A DNA stretch of 32,000 nucleotides from Chlamydiales bacterium (GCA_041395025.1 JAWLBH010000001.1:750001-782000); one strand, 5' to 3'. Shown: positions 18,375-28,015, counted from the first letter of the stretch. Program-made: numbers and translations. The notes: generated from the letters alone by a model not told the origin.

Positions 18375-20364
18375 ACTCAAAAAGGATTTTCTCCCTTGTG
18401 GTGATCAACCAGATACAATTCACAAACTGACCGAAGGGGTTTTAAAGGGAAAACCTGCACAAGTCCTTTTAGGAGTGACTGGATCAGGGAAAACTTATAC
18501 GATGGCTAACATCATCGAAAAAGTCCAAAAACCCTCTTTAGTTTTAGCTCATAACAAAACACTTGCTGCTCAACTATATCAGGAATTCAAAAAATTTTTT
18601 CCAGATAATGCTGTCGAGTATTTCGTTTCTTATTATGATTATTATCAACCTGAAGCTTATCTTCCCCGTACCGATACTTACATTGAAAAGGATCTTTCAA
18701 TCAATGATACGATTGACAAGATGCGCCTTTCAGCGACCCGTTCATTGCTAGAAAGAAAAGATGTTTTGATTGTGGCTTCTGTCTCTTGTATCTATGGTCT
18801 TGGGATGCCAGAACATTATGCAGAGATGAAACTGCATTTACAAGTAGGAGAAAAATGGAATCAAAATGCTCTTTTAATCCAACTGGTTGAGATGCAATAT
18901 AAGCGTAATGATACCGATTTTTTTCGTGGGATTTTTCGATTACGTGGTGACGTATTAGAAATTTATCCGGCTTATGAGGAAAACTGTGCCTATCGTATGG
19001 AATTTTTTGATGATCTTCTTGAGAAGATCAGTGAGATAGACCCTGTAACGGGTAGAATATCGAAAAGATTGGAAAATTTGACCATTTATCCTGGTTCCCA
19101 TTATGTCATGCCGGAGGCTGTGCGCTTACGTGCTGTTGAAACAATTCAGCAAGAACTTCAGGAAAGAATCACCTACTTTGGATTGCAAGAGAAGGTAGTG
19201 GAACAAGCAAGAATTCGTCAGCGTACCCTCTATGATTTGGAGATGATTAAGGAAGTAGGTTTTTGCAAAGGGGTAGAAAATTACTCTCGCCATTTTTCAG
19301 GCAGAAATCCAGGGGATCCCCCCTCTTGTTTACTCGATTACTTTGGAGATGATTATCTTTTGTTTATCGATGAATCTCACCAAACGATCCCTCAACTTCA
19401 TGCGATGTATCATGGAGATAGAAGCAGAAAAAAAACTCTGATTGATTTTGGATTTCGCCTTCCCTCTGCTTATGATAACCGTCCTTTAAAATTTCAAGAA
19501 ACTTATGAAAGGATCAATCAAGTGATTTATGTTTCTGCGACTCCAGGGGAGTGGGAGCTTAATGAAGCTGGAGGAGAGTGTTGCGAACAAATTATTCGTC
19601 CTACAGGCCTTTTAGATCCAGAAATTGAAGTGAGAGCTGCCACTGGACAAGTAGATGATATTTTGGAAGAGATTCGTCTTCATCAAGAGAAAGGAGAAAG
19701 AATTCTCGTGACGACATTGACAAAACGTCTTTCTGAAGATCTCACGAAATATCTCCTCAATCTAAAGGTAAAAGCAAAATATCTCCATTCTGAGATTGAC
19801 ACCCTTGAACGTGTCCAAATTTTGCATGATTTACGCATAGGTGTTTTTGATGTACTGGTCGGGATTAATCTCCTGCGAGAAGGACTCGATCTTCCAGAGG
19901 TTTCTCTTGTAGCAATACTTGATGCTGACAAGCAAGGATTTTTACGTAGCCAAACCGCGCTCATCCAGACCTGTGGAAGAGCTGCGCGTAATGCAAAAGG
20001 ACGAGTCATCATGTATGCGGATAGATTAACTGAAGCGATCAGAAAGACCCTTGAAATTACTCAGGAACGTCGTAAGCGTCAAATGGCATATAATCAAGCG
20101 CATGACATTATTCCTCAAACTATTAAACGCAATTTTGCGAATGAAATGAGTTTCCCTAAAGATCTCTCAAAATCACAAGCAGAATCCTCAAACGATTTGC
20201 ATAAAAAGAAAAAACGCTATTTTAATGTTCAAGATCTTGAAAAGAAAATCCAGAATTATGAAAAACTCATGCATCAAGCAACGAAAAAGTTTCGCTTTGA
20301 AGAAGCAGCTAAATATCGAGATCTTATAAGAAAATACAAAAATAAAGAATTAGGGGTGGAATAG
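18367..20364 (+). CDS. uvrB: Excinuclease ABC subunit B
   Basis: The Walker A motif [15 protein letters not shown], helicase motifs and the C-terminal UVR domain ([11 protein letters not shown]) are present. ATG 18367 (MFKLKKDF...) overlaps the trpS stop by 8 nt, whereas the track uses TTG 18358. Confidence 0.97.
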   Translation: MFKLKKDFLPCGDQPDTIHKLTEGVLKGKPAQVLLGVTGSGKTYTMANIIEKVQKPSLVLAHNKTLAAQLYQEFKKFFPDNAVEYFVSYYDYYQPEAYLPRTDTYIEKDLSINDTIDKMRLSATRSLLERKDVLIVASVSCIYGLGMPEHYAEMKLHLQVGEKWNQNALLIQLVEMQYKRNDTDFFRGIFRLRGDVLEIYPAYEENCAYRMEFFDDLLEKISEIDPVTGRISKRLENLTIYPGSHYVMPEAVRLRAVETIQQELQERITYFGLQEKVVEQARIRQRTLYDLEMIKEVGFCKGVENYSRHFSGRNPGDPPSCLLDYFGDDYLLFIDESHQTIPQLHAMYHGDRSRKKTLIDFGFRLPSAYDNRPLKFQETYERINQVIYVSATPGEWELNEAGGECCEQIIRPTGLLDPEIEVRAATGQVDDILEEIRLHQEKGERILVTTLTKRLSEDLTKYLLNLKVKAKYLHSEIDTLERVQILHDLRIGVFDVLVGINLLREGLDLPEVSLVAILDADKQGFLRSQTALIQTCGRAARNAKGRVIMYADRLTEAIRKTLEITQERRKRQMAYNQAHDIIPQTIKRNFANEMSFPKDLSKSQAESSNDLHKKKKRYFNVQDLEKKIQNYEKLMHQATKKFRFEEAAKYRDLIRKYKNKELGVE

Positions 20365-20398
20365 AGAATAATGGTTTTTCTATAGAGATGTATATCTT

Positions 20399-21445
20399 TT
20401 AAGTAGATGAGAATTTTGGATTTGGAAATTTATTATGAATTAGATGACGATACCCTTCTATCCTTGAGAGCTCTCGCCACTTGTTTTCAAATGCTTTGTA
20501 TCCTTCTTCTTCACTTGCATAGACTTTTTGGTAATCCTCTATTGTTTTGTTTTTATTATCTTCGATTTGAGCTAATACATCTTCTATCTTTTGTCTATAT
20601 TGTCTAATCAAAGAGGAGATCTCACCTTGATTTTTTCTGCGTAATGCATTCACCTCGAATTGGGAATTAGATAATTTTTGTTCTAAGAAGTATAGTGTCC
20701 ATGGACCACATTGATATCCATCTTTCTGTAACTCCCAAGTAATTTTAGGGGTAAAAGTACATGATATTTTAAAAGTAGTGTCCATAAAGCCGATGAGTTC
20801 TCTCTCTATAATTTCATGAAATTTTCCGTATTTTCCTTTGCTATCATAATATTCAAAAGAGCGATGTTTTTTGTCGAAGTAAACCAATACCCAGTGATTT
20901 TTTAATAAAATAAAGATCGGGACATCAAGAGGATTAGATGGATCTAACTGAGAATTGATCTTATTTAACAAAGATTTAATAGTAAAACCCTCCTCTACTG
21001 TTTTATGCATATCGTTCAATATTTTTTCATTCAATTCGTAGTCAATCAGAGAGATTTTATTAGGAAAATCTTCAGATAGCGAAACTAAGTGGGAGAAAAT
21101 GTCTACATTGGATAAGTAAGATTGATTATGGGACTCTCTCTCTCGACTTTCGCTATTCTTATTCAGAGATTTTGTTTTTTTTTCACAATCGAGCTTTTCG
21201 AGATGATTTTTTCTAGTTGAGACGCATTTTATCAAGAGTCCTGTAATGAATAATAGACCACCTGTGATAGACAATAAAATTTCTCCAGGCATTCCCAAAG
21301 GGATTTTAAATAGTCCCATACCAGCAATTACTGAGATAACAGCTAGAACAATCATGGTGATCCTAAAAGAAAGAGAATATGTTGTCTCTTTCACCCTAGG
21401 ATCATCATAGCATGGCAACCCAAAAGCTAACTGAACTTGGCACAT
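20399..21445 (-). CDS. Membrane-anchored clan-CE cysteine protease (Ulp1/ChlaDub-like putative deubiquitinase/deSUMOylase effector)
   Basis: The ordered catalytic signature is His184 in KNHWVLVYFD (codon 20894-20896), Asp201 in FEYYDS (20843-20845), Gln240 and Cys246 in LQKDGYQCGPW (Cys codon 20708-20710). The Gln-to-Cys spacing of 6 residues matches Ulp1-type enzymes. At the N-terminus, aa ~31-75 (nt 21221-21355) form two hydrophobic segments split by KIPLGMPGE, a bilobed Inc-like anchor. The C-terminal ~80 aa look like coiled coil. Confidence 0.75.
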   Translation of the reverse strand: MCQVQLAFGLPCYDDPRVKETTYSLSFRITMIVLAVISVIAGMGLFKIPLGMPGEILLSITGGLLFITGLLIKCVSTRKNHLEKLDCEKKTKSLNKNSESRERESHNQSYLSNVDIFSHLVSLSEDFPNKISLIDYELNEKILNDMHKTVEEGFTIKSLLNKINSQLDPSNPLDVPIFILLKNHWVLVYFDKKHRSFEYYDSKGKYGKFHEIIERELIGFMDTTFKISCTFTPKITWELQKDGYQCGPWTLYFLEQKLSNSQFEVNALRRKNQGEISSLIRQYRQKIEDVLAQIEDNKNKTIEDYQKVYASEEEGYKAFENKWRELSRIEGYRHLIHNKFPNPKFSST

Positions 21446-21539
21446 ATGATTTACGAAAAAATATATACTATTGAAGAATAGAATAGTAGAAAAAGTATAA
21501 TTTAAATTTATTTTTTAAATTAGGTTTCTTTCGTTGTTT

Positions 21540-22091
21540 TTATAAAGTACATTGTTTTAGAGATTCAGTAATCGTTTCAATTTCTTTTTTATATTTGCAT
21601 AAAATCTCTTTATTTTTTTCTTGATGGCTCATTTCACATAGACGATGAACAAAATGTTGGATAAGCTCAACAGTATTCTGGACATTGGACATGAATACAA
21701 ATTCTTTTCCATCAATTCTACGGACTCTATTTAAAAGGATAGGAGCTTGGTCTTGTTTGATCACATCAGAAGTAATAATATTGACAAATTCTCCACGTTC
21801 ATAAACCTCTTTTGCAAGACGAGCAGGAATAGTAAAATGTTTGATCACATCTTCTAGAATTTCATAATGTTTTTCATTGGGAATTGAAACTTTGATCTGT
21901 CCTGTCAAAAGAGTTTCAAAAAAAAAATTTCCAAGATCTTTGTTTTGATTGACGCAATTTAAAATACTATTCTGAATTTCTCTGTAAGTGGAAGGAGTAA
22001 TTGTCATGGAGAAAATTCTTCTCATATTCCCTTCAAACAGCAGAATCATTTGTTCATCAAAAACCATTTTTTTTCGTATTTGTTCAGACAT
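21540..22091 (-). CDS. CT584/Cpn0803-family protein (chlamydial conserved protein proposed to be T3SS-associated)
   Basis: The 183-aa length matches what I recall for CT584. The blocks ERGEFVNIITSD, LNRVRRIDGKEFVFMSNVQNT and GNFFFE match my memory of that family. The position downstream of the parA-like and pGP6-D-like genes matches Chlamydia synteny. The assignment rests on recollection, not on a search. Confidence 0.55.
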   Translation of the reverse strand: MSEQIRKKMVFDEQMILLFEGNMRRIFSMTITPSTYREIQNSILNCVNQNKDLGNFFFETLLTGQIKVSIPNEKHYEILEDVIKHFTIPARLAKEVYERGEFVNIITSDVIKQDQAPILLNRVRRIDGKEFVFMSNVQNTVELIQHFVHRLCEMSHQEKNKEILCKYKKEIETITESLKQCTL

Positions 22092-22104
22092 ATTGAGAAA
22101 TTCC

Positions 22105-22854
22105 TTATTTTATTTCACATGTTTCAACGAGAGAACTCAATAGTTCGATGAGTTCACACATTGAATGTTTTTGTGTTTGAGTCATTTTTATTGGAGAATT
22201 TTTGAAAAGTGTCACAAGGTTGCGTAGAGTTTTGAGAGTCGACTCTCCGACATTTTCTTTTCGTCTATCTTTCTGATCGAGTGGAAAGATTGAGCGGATC
22301 AAAGCGATGACTTCTTCTTTACTTTCCCCGTTGTAATTGCGCACGATTTCTTCTTTTTTCGTCAAACAACCTAGACGACTAGCTAATGTATAAACCGCTT
22401 GCCTAGGCATAGCATCAATTTGAGGATGAAGCGTTTTAGGAATTTTTGAATGAAATTCGTAGTATTGCAAAAAATTATAAGGAGTTTGTCGATTACCGTA
22501 AGCTGTGATGAGCCAAGCAGTAAAAGCTCCATCACGATAGTCTTTAAGCATGGTTTGGACTTGTTTAATCCTTTCACCATGTAAAATCGCTGCTTGATTG
22601 TTGATCGCTTTCACTTCAGAGGTAATCGCGATCAGTCTTTTTAAATCTTTTGACAGATCGGCATTCTTATCATGAGAAAATTTTTGGAGAAGAGTGGAGA
22701 GGAGTTCGCAATCTTTTTCTGCCAATTTTTTAATGCCAAAAATTCCTGAAAATACTGTAAGATTGCCCTCTGTTGTTTTTTCAGCTAGCTCTGCCATTTT
22801 CAATTTCTTTTTCTTTCGAAAACGTTCATTTAAAATCGATGTGATTTTTACCAT
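22105..22854 (-). CDS. pGP6-D-related protein (chromosomal paralog family of chlamydial plasmid Pgp6)
   Basis: The 249-aa central block is GERIKQVQTMLKDYRDGAFTAWLITAYGNRQTPYNFLQYYEFHSKIPKTLHPQIDAMPRQAVYTLASRLG. It follows the pattern I recall from plasmid pGP6-D (GEKI...F..W......YN.L.YYE......P..A.Y.LA.R.G). The N-terminus is strongly basic (RFRKKKKLK). It lies 28 nt downstream of the parA-like gene. Confidence 0.6.
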   Translation of the reverse strand: MVKITSILNERFRKKKKLKMAELAEKTTEGNLTVFSGIFGIKKLAEKDCELLSTLLQKFSHDKNADLSKDLKRLIAITSEVKAINNQAAILHGERIKQVQTMLKDYRDGAFTAWLITAYGNRQTPYNFLQYYEFHSKIPKTLHPQIDAMPRQAVYTLASRLGCLTKKEEIVRNYNGESKEEVIALIRSIFPLDQKDRRKENVGESTLKTLRNLVTLFKNSPIKMTQTQKHSMCELIELLSSLVETCEIK

Positions 22855-22882
22855 TTGTCAACCCGCTTTACACAATAAAAAA

Positions 22883-23653
22883 CTATATGGGCACCTTCAT
22901 GCCTATTCTAATTAAGAATTCTTCAGTAAGAGCTAGATAATCTTCGACAGCACGACTTGTGGGATGAGTACTAAAAACTGCTTTCCCATGAATAGAAGCT
23001 TCTGAAATAGCGATATCGCGCCGGATCTTTATATCCAATAATTTTCCTGGAAATGTTTTCTCAATAAGATCAATGAATGCTTGGTTATTTTTCCCACGAG
23101 GATTCCAGAATGAAATTGCCACGCCAAGAATACGCAGAGGATGACGCTCTGAAATCGAATGGATAAATTGAGAGAGCCGTTCTAATCCTTTAATACTGTA
23201 AAATTCAGGAGTTGCAGAGATTAACACATGGTCTGCAGCAATTAAAGCAGATTCAGTGAGCCAACAAAGAGAAGGGGGGGTATCGATAAGGACATAATCA
23301 TAGGAAAGACCAGTTAAGATAGATTTTAAACGTTCGTGAGAATAACGATCTCCAGCAAGCGGACTCGTCATTTCCACTCTTTCTAACCAAGTATCCGCTG
23401 GAATCAAATGAAGATGAGGATCCTCTGTTTTTTGGATAATCTCTTGAATCTCTTTTTCTCCTTGTAGGGTAGCTGAGAGGCTGTCAAATTCATCGGGATC
23501 AAAGCCCAAACCTGCTGTTAGATTAGCTTGTGCATCGAAATCAATAAGGAGTACAGAGGCATCATAGTAACGAGAAAGAGCTGTTCCGAGGTGTAAAGTG
23601 GTTGAAGTTTTAGCTGTTCCTCCTTTAAAGCTACTGATGGCAATCGTTTTCAT
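22883..23653 (-). CDS. parA: ParA/MinD-family P-loop ATPase (pGP5-D / CT582-like)
   Basis: The deviant Walker A motif (SFKGGTAKTS), the A' motif (IDFDAQANLT) and the Walker B motif (VLIDTPPS) are present. I prefer the ATG at the complement of 23651-23653 (MKTIAISS...), which overlaps the thrS stop as ATGA. The track ORF starts 12 nt further upstream, at 23665. Confidence 0.9.
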   Translation of the reverse strand: MKTIAISSFKGGTAKTSTTLHLGTALSRYYDASVLLIDFDAQANLTAGLGFDPDEFDSLSATLQGEKEIQEIIQKTEDPHLHLIPADTWLERVEMTSPLAGDRYSHERLKSILTGLSYDYVLIDTPPSLCWLTESALIAADHVLISATPEFYSIKGLERLSQFIHSISERHPLRILGVAISFWNPRGKNNQAFIDLIEKTFPGKLLDIKIRRDIAISEASIHGKAVFSTHPTSRAVEDYLALTEEFLIRIGMKVPI

Positions 23654-25569
23654 TCTTGTCTCCAAGGAGAAAGAAGAGCACGGTTGGCTTTTTCTTGATT
23701 CATTGCTTCTAACAACCTCTCTAAAGATATTTCACCATGAATCACATTATCACGTGTACGCAGTGTCATGGTTTGATGAGAGATCTCTTGATCTCCTATC
23801 GTGAGCATATAGTTGACTTTTTCAATTTGTGCAAGGCGTATTTTTTTGCTCACAGACTCATGAGAATTATCTAATTCGCAATGAAAACCAGCTGCGAGAA
23901 AATGGTTTTTTAACATTAAGCCATAATCGAGATGACGATCTGCAACAGGAATGATCCGCACTTGCCTTGGGCTCATCCAGAGAGGAAATTTCCCGGCAAA
24001 ATGTTCAATTAAAATTCCTAAGAAACGTTCAATAGAACCGTAAAGAGCACGATGAATCATGATAGGACGTTTTCTATTCCCATGAGAGTCGATATACTCT
24101 AAATTAAAACGTTCTGGTAACGCCATGTCTACTTGAATCGTCCCACATTGCCAAGTTCGCTCCAAAGTATCGCAAATATGCAAGTCAATTTTAGGACCAT
24201 AAAAGGCCCCGTCTCCAGGGTTCACTTTAAAGGCTTTTTGATGTTTTTCAAGTGCACGTTGTAAAGATAAAGTCGCATGATCCCATTGTTCATCTGTTCC
24301 AATGGTCCCTTCTGTTGGGCGTGTAGAGAGTTCAAGATGATAATTGAGGCCAAAAGTCGTGTAGATTTGATCCACTAGGTGAAGGAGATTGACGATTTCA
24401 TTTTCAATTTGATGAGGTTCCATAAAAATATGGGCATCGTCTTGATGAAAGCTTCTGACACGCATGAGTCCTGAAATCGCTCCTGATGCTTCATGTCTAT
24501 GCACATGGCCAATTTCAGCAATTCTCAGAGGAAACTCACGATAACTATGCATGTCTGTTTTATAGTAGAGCATACAACCAGGACAATTCATAGGTTTAAT
24601 CGCAAAAATGCGTTCTTCTACTGCCGAAGTGTACATATTATGGCGATAGTTTTGCCAATGACCAGAACGTTCCCAAAGTTCCTGACTCATCATCAAGGGA
24701 GTTTTGATTTCGAAATAACCTGCTTTTTCATGAAGCTCTCTCCAGTAATCGAGTAGAGCAGTCCAAATCAAGAGACCTTTGGGGTGAATCAGTGGCATAC
24801 CTGGAGCTTCTTCTCTATGTGAAAAAAGATCAAGTTTGGGCCCAAGGATTTTGTGATCGCGTTTTTTTGCTTCTTCGATTTTTTGAAGATATTCCCTCAA
24901 CATCTTTTTATGCGGAAATGTGATTCCATAGATACGACAAAGCATTTCACGAGAGGAATCACCACGCCAATAAGCTCCAGAATTCTTAAGAATTTTCACT
25001 GCTTTGACCTTCCCAAGGTAAGGAATATGAGGTCCTCTACAAAGATCATAAAACTCGCCTTGTCGATAGAGAGTCAATTGAGAGTCTTTAAATCCTTGAA
25101 TAAGTTCGACTTTATATTTATTATTACCAAATATTTTTAAAGCTGCCTCCTTATTTGGGAGCACTTCACGTTGAGTGATGTAATTTTGTTGGAGAATATT
25201 TTCCATCTCCTTTTCAATTTTCTCAAATTGATCTTCAGAGATATGAAGATTGGCAAAGTCGTAGTAAAATCCATTTGCAATAGGGGGGCCAATCGTGAGT
25301 TTCGCTTCCGGATAGAGACGTAAAACAGCTTGAGCAAGGATATGGGCTGAGCTATGCCAATAGACTTCTTTACCTATAGGATCAGAAAAATTCCATAAGA
25401 TGACCTCATCTCCATGTTGAAGCGAGTGAGAGAGATCAACGGTTACACCATTGATAGAGGCGGCAAGCGCTTGTTCGGGGGCTGTCTGATGAAATTTTTT
25501 TGCTAAATCTTGAGCAGTACTATTTTCAGGCAGCTCAACAAGCTCATCTTTATATTTCACTTGAATCAT
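23650..25569 (-). CDS. thrS: Threonyl-tRNA synthetase
   Basis: The 639-aa product has an N-terminal TGS-like domain. It also has an editing-domain HxxxH region (WHSSAHILAQA), class II core motifs (HRHEASGAISGLMRVRSFHQDDAHIF) and an anticodon-binding C-terminus. Confidence 0.97.
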   Translation of the reverse strand: MIQVKYKDELVELPENSTAQDLAKKFHQTAPEQALAASINGVTVDLSHSLQHGDEVILWNFSDPIGKEVYWHSSAHILAQAVLRLYPEAKLTIGPPIANGFYYDFANLHISEDQFEKIEKEMENILQQNYITQREVLPNKEAALKIFGNNKYKVELIQGFKDSQLTLYRQGEFYDLCRGPHIPYLGKVKAVKILKNSGAYWRGDSSREMLCRIYGITFPHKKMLREYLQKIEEAKKRDHKILGPKLDLFSHREEAPGMPLIHPKGLLIWTALLDYWRELHEKAGYFEIKTPLMMSQELWERSGHWQNYRHNMYTSAVEERIFAIKPMNCPGCMLYYKTDMHSYREFPLRIAEIGHVHRHEASGAISGLMRVRSFHQDDAHIFMEPHQIENEIVNLLHLVDQIYTTFGLNYHLELSTRPTEGTIGTDEQWDHATLSLQRALEKHQKAFKVNPGDGAFYGPKIDLHICDTLERTWQCGTIQVDMALPERFNLEYIDSHGNRKRPIMIHRALYGSIERFLGILIEHFAGKFPLWMSPRQVRIIPVADRHLDYGLMLKNHFLAAGFHCELDNSHESVSKKIRLAQIEKVNYMLTIGDQEISHQTMTLRTRDNVIHGEISLERLLEAMNQEKANRALLSPWRQE

Positions 25570-25745
25570 ATTGATCTGTGATGGGTTTTTTTCTCAAATA
25601 ACGTGTCGTTCAAAATAATCATGGTAGCAAAACCGTTGTGTTCATAGAGAAACATCGAAAGCTTAAAACAACATAGTTGGCTTATATCAAAGAAGAAAAA
25701 AAAAATCATGCTTAATGATCTTGATCGTAGTGGATTGTTGATGAG

Positions 25746-25771
25746 TTGGATCGTTTTCATCCAATTTTTTT
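25746..25771 (+). terminator. Weak AT-rich hairpin followed by T7 in the thrS/gmd divergent spacer
   Basis: TTGGAT (25746-25751) pairs with ATCCAA (25759-25764) around the loop CGTTTTC, followed by TTTTTTT (25765-25771). It is oriented for the + strand, although no + strand gene lies upstream of it. The significance is unclear. Confidence 0.2.
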
Positions 25772-25953
25772 GAGAAAAATGAAAATACTATTTTCTAATT
25801 AAAGCTTTGTTTTCTTTAAGTTTAGGAATCTTTAACAAGTCAATTAATTTACATTAGACCCTCTCAATGCTCATCAATGGACAAGTGTATTGAAAAGAAA
25901 AGTAGGAAAGGTTCACCATGGCTCAAGCAGATCGAATGTGTTAGGTCATAAGG

Positions 25954-27018
25954 ATGAAAAGAGCTTTGATTACAGGAATTACGGGACAAGATGGAAGCTA
26001 TCTTGCAGAATTGCTCCTAGGTAAAGGTTATGAAGTGCATGGCATTTATCGTTATAGCTCCATAGATAATACCTTACGCTTAAAAGATTTGAAGGGATTG
26101 TATTTGCATATAGGTGATTTGACGGATTCTGGTAGCATATGCCGTCTTTTACAAGAAATACAACCTGATGAGATCTATCACTTAGGAGCACAAAGCGATG
26201 TGAGTGTCTCCTTTGAGGAACCTGAATTTTCTGCCAATGTGAATGGTTTGGGGACATTAAGGATCCTTGAAGCGATCCGTATTCTTGGATTGAAATCTCG
26301 TTTTTATCAAGCTTCTACATCAGAACTTTTTGGTAAAGTAAGAGAAATCCCTCAAAAAGAGACGACTCCTTTTTATCCACGTTCACCTTATGCTGTTTCA
26401 AAATTATATGCCTATTGGATCACTGTGAATTATCGTGAGTCGTATGGTTTATTTGCATGTAATGGTATTCTTTTTAATCATGAATCTCCATGGAGAGGTG
26501 AGCAATTCGTCACCCGTAAAATCACTCGAGCTCTTGGGCGGATCTGTTTTGGACTTCAAAAAGATCTAAAACTAGGGAATCTTAATGCTTTGCGGGATTG
26601 GGGATATGCTCGGGATTTTGTAGAAATGCAATGGCGCATTCTTCAAAAAGAGATTCCGGATGATTATGTCGTTGCCACAGGAGTTCAGCATTCGGTAAGG
26701 GAATTTGTACAAATAGCGGCAGAAAAACTTGGAATCACGCTTCGTTTTGAAGGACAGGGTCTGGATGAAAAAGGGGTGATCGAATCCGTTGATTCTTCAC
26801 TCTCCTGTTCTTTAGAGCCAGGCAGAATTCTGATTAGATTAGATCCTAAGCTTTTCCGTCCTGCTGAAGTGGAGACTTTGCTTGGAGATCCCTCGAAAGC
26901 CTATGAAACACTTGGATGGAAACCCTTAACTTCATTTGAAGATATGATCACTGAAATGGTAAGAAACGATTATCTTTTGGCACAAAAAGAAGCAAAGTAT
27001 GCCCCATTTATGCATTGA
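25954..27018 (+). CDS. gmd: GDP-mannose 4,6-dehydratase
   Basis: The N-terminus [30 protein letters not shown] is present. The catalytic [20 protein letters not shown] and [16 protein letters not shown] are textbook Gmd. Confidence 0.95.
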   Translation: MKRALITGITGQDGSYLAELLLGKGYEVHGIYRYSSIDNTLRLKDLKGLYLHIGDLTDSGSICRLLQEIQPDEIYHLGAQSDVSVSFEEPEFSANVNGLGTLRILEAIRILGLKSRFYQASTSELFGKVREIPQKETTPFYPRSPYAVSKLYAYWITVNYRESYGLFACNGILFNHESPWRGEQFVTRKITRALGRICFGLQKDLKLGNLNALRDWGYARDFVEMQWRILQKEIPDDYVVATGVQHSVREFVQIAAEKLGITLRFEGQGLDEKGVIESVDSSLSCSLEPGRILIRLDPKLFRPAEVETLLGDPSKAYETLGWKPLTSFEDMITEMVRNDYLLAQKEAKYAPFMH

Positions 27019-28015
27019 TGCTCGCCTTTATCATGGATCTGGAATTGGAACACATATCAAAGCACTTCTTTTTTCTCTCTCTCAATTTCGTCTTACTTTG
27101 CTTGTGAATGAACCTCTTAACCTTCCGTTTCATCAGGTGATGATGAAAAGTGGGATTTATTCATTAGGAGAACAGATTGAGTTGCCTCAAAAGATTCCTT
27201 GTTGTGATACTTTTTGGTCTCCTCATTTCAATATTCCGCTTTCCCCAATTCGAGCAAAAAAAAGAATTGTGACTGTGCATGATGTATTCCACCTTGCGTA
27301 TTTTTCTACACTTTCTTTATCTAAAAAATTTTATGCGAAAATTTTTCTTAATGCTGCTTTATATTTATCAGATTATGTGATGACTGATTCCCAGTTTTCT
27401 GCTCAAGAAATTGAAAGATATTGTTTTTTTCAACCAAAACATTTAGGGATTGTTCCGAGTTGTCCTCTCCTACATCCTCATGGAAGAAAAATGCAAGGCT
27501 TACCTAAGCGATATATCCTTTATGTTGGTAATTTGAAAGCTCATAAAAATTTAGCTAGATTATTTGCAGCGCATGCTCAAATGGAGAATCCTCTTCCTCT
27601 TGTGATTGTGGGAAAACAATTCGGTGAGATTCACATTCCCGAGCATGTCTATTATATGGGGTATGTTCCTGATGATATGCTCTCAGAAGTGTATTCTGGA
27701 GCGGATTTATTTGTCTTTCCTTCAATTTATGAAGGGTTTGGAATCCCTCCTCTTGAAGCGATGGTTTGTGGGTGTCCTGTTTTAGTCAGTCGTATTGCCT
27801 CTTTACCGGAAGTATGTGGTGATGCTGCTGAGTATATCGACCCCTTTTCAGTTTCTTCAATCAAAAAGGGAATGGAATTTCTCTTAAATCATCCAGAAAG
27901 ACGAAAAGAGTTAGTCGAAAAGGGTTGGAAAAGAGTAAAAGAGTTTACAATCGAAAAAACAGCTGAAAAATTTATCAATATTTTGGATCAAGTGCATGAA
28001 GGAACGAGGAAATAA
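26999..28015 (+). CDS. Glycosyltransferase, GT-B fold, family 1/4 type
   Basis: The C-terminal domain carries the E-x7-E motif ([24 protein letters not shown]). The N-terminus [15 protein letters not shown] is typical of this family. The ATG overlaps the gmd 3' end by 20 nt. Confidence 0.85.
   Translation: MPHLCIDARLYHGSGIGTHIKALLFSLSQFRLTLLVNEPLNLPFHQVMMKSGIYSLGEQIELPQKIPCCDTFWSPHFNIPLSPIRAKKRIVTVHDVFHLAYFSTLSLSKKFYAKIFLNAALYLSDYVMTDSQFSAQEIERYCFFQPKHLGIVPSCPLLHPHGRKMQGLPKRYILYVGNLKAHKNLARLFAAHAQMENPLPLVIVGKQFGEIHIPEHVYYMGYVPDDMLSEVYSGADLFVFPSIYEGFGIPPLEAMVCGCPVLVSRIASLPEVCGDAAEYIDPFSVSSIKKGMEFLLNHPERRKELVEKGWKRVKEFTIEKTAEKFINILDQVHEGTRK

Noticed and set aside
19683-20012. A 109-aa ORF runs antisense to uvrB.
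   Set aside because: It has the Arg/Ser-rich composition typical of the antisense of a conserved gene. UvrB helicase motifs occupy the sense strand.
23274-23280. I considered the G7 (C7 on the coding strand) run inside parA as a phase-variation switch.
   Set aside because: It encodes the conserved Walker B context IDTPPS (Pro-Pro). The sequence is constrained by the protein and the run is short.
25566-25760. A 64-aa ORF lies immediately upstream of thrS (MKTIQLINNPLRSRSLSMIFFFFFDISQ...).
   Set aside because: The sequence is low-complexity. The FFFFF run is simply the A10 tract read on the other strand, the composition is not protein-like, and the ORF lies in the promoter/leader region of thrS.
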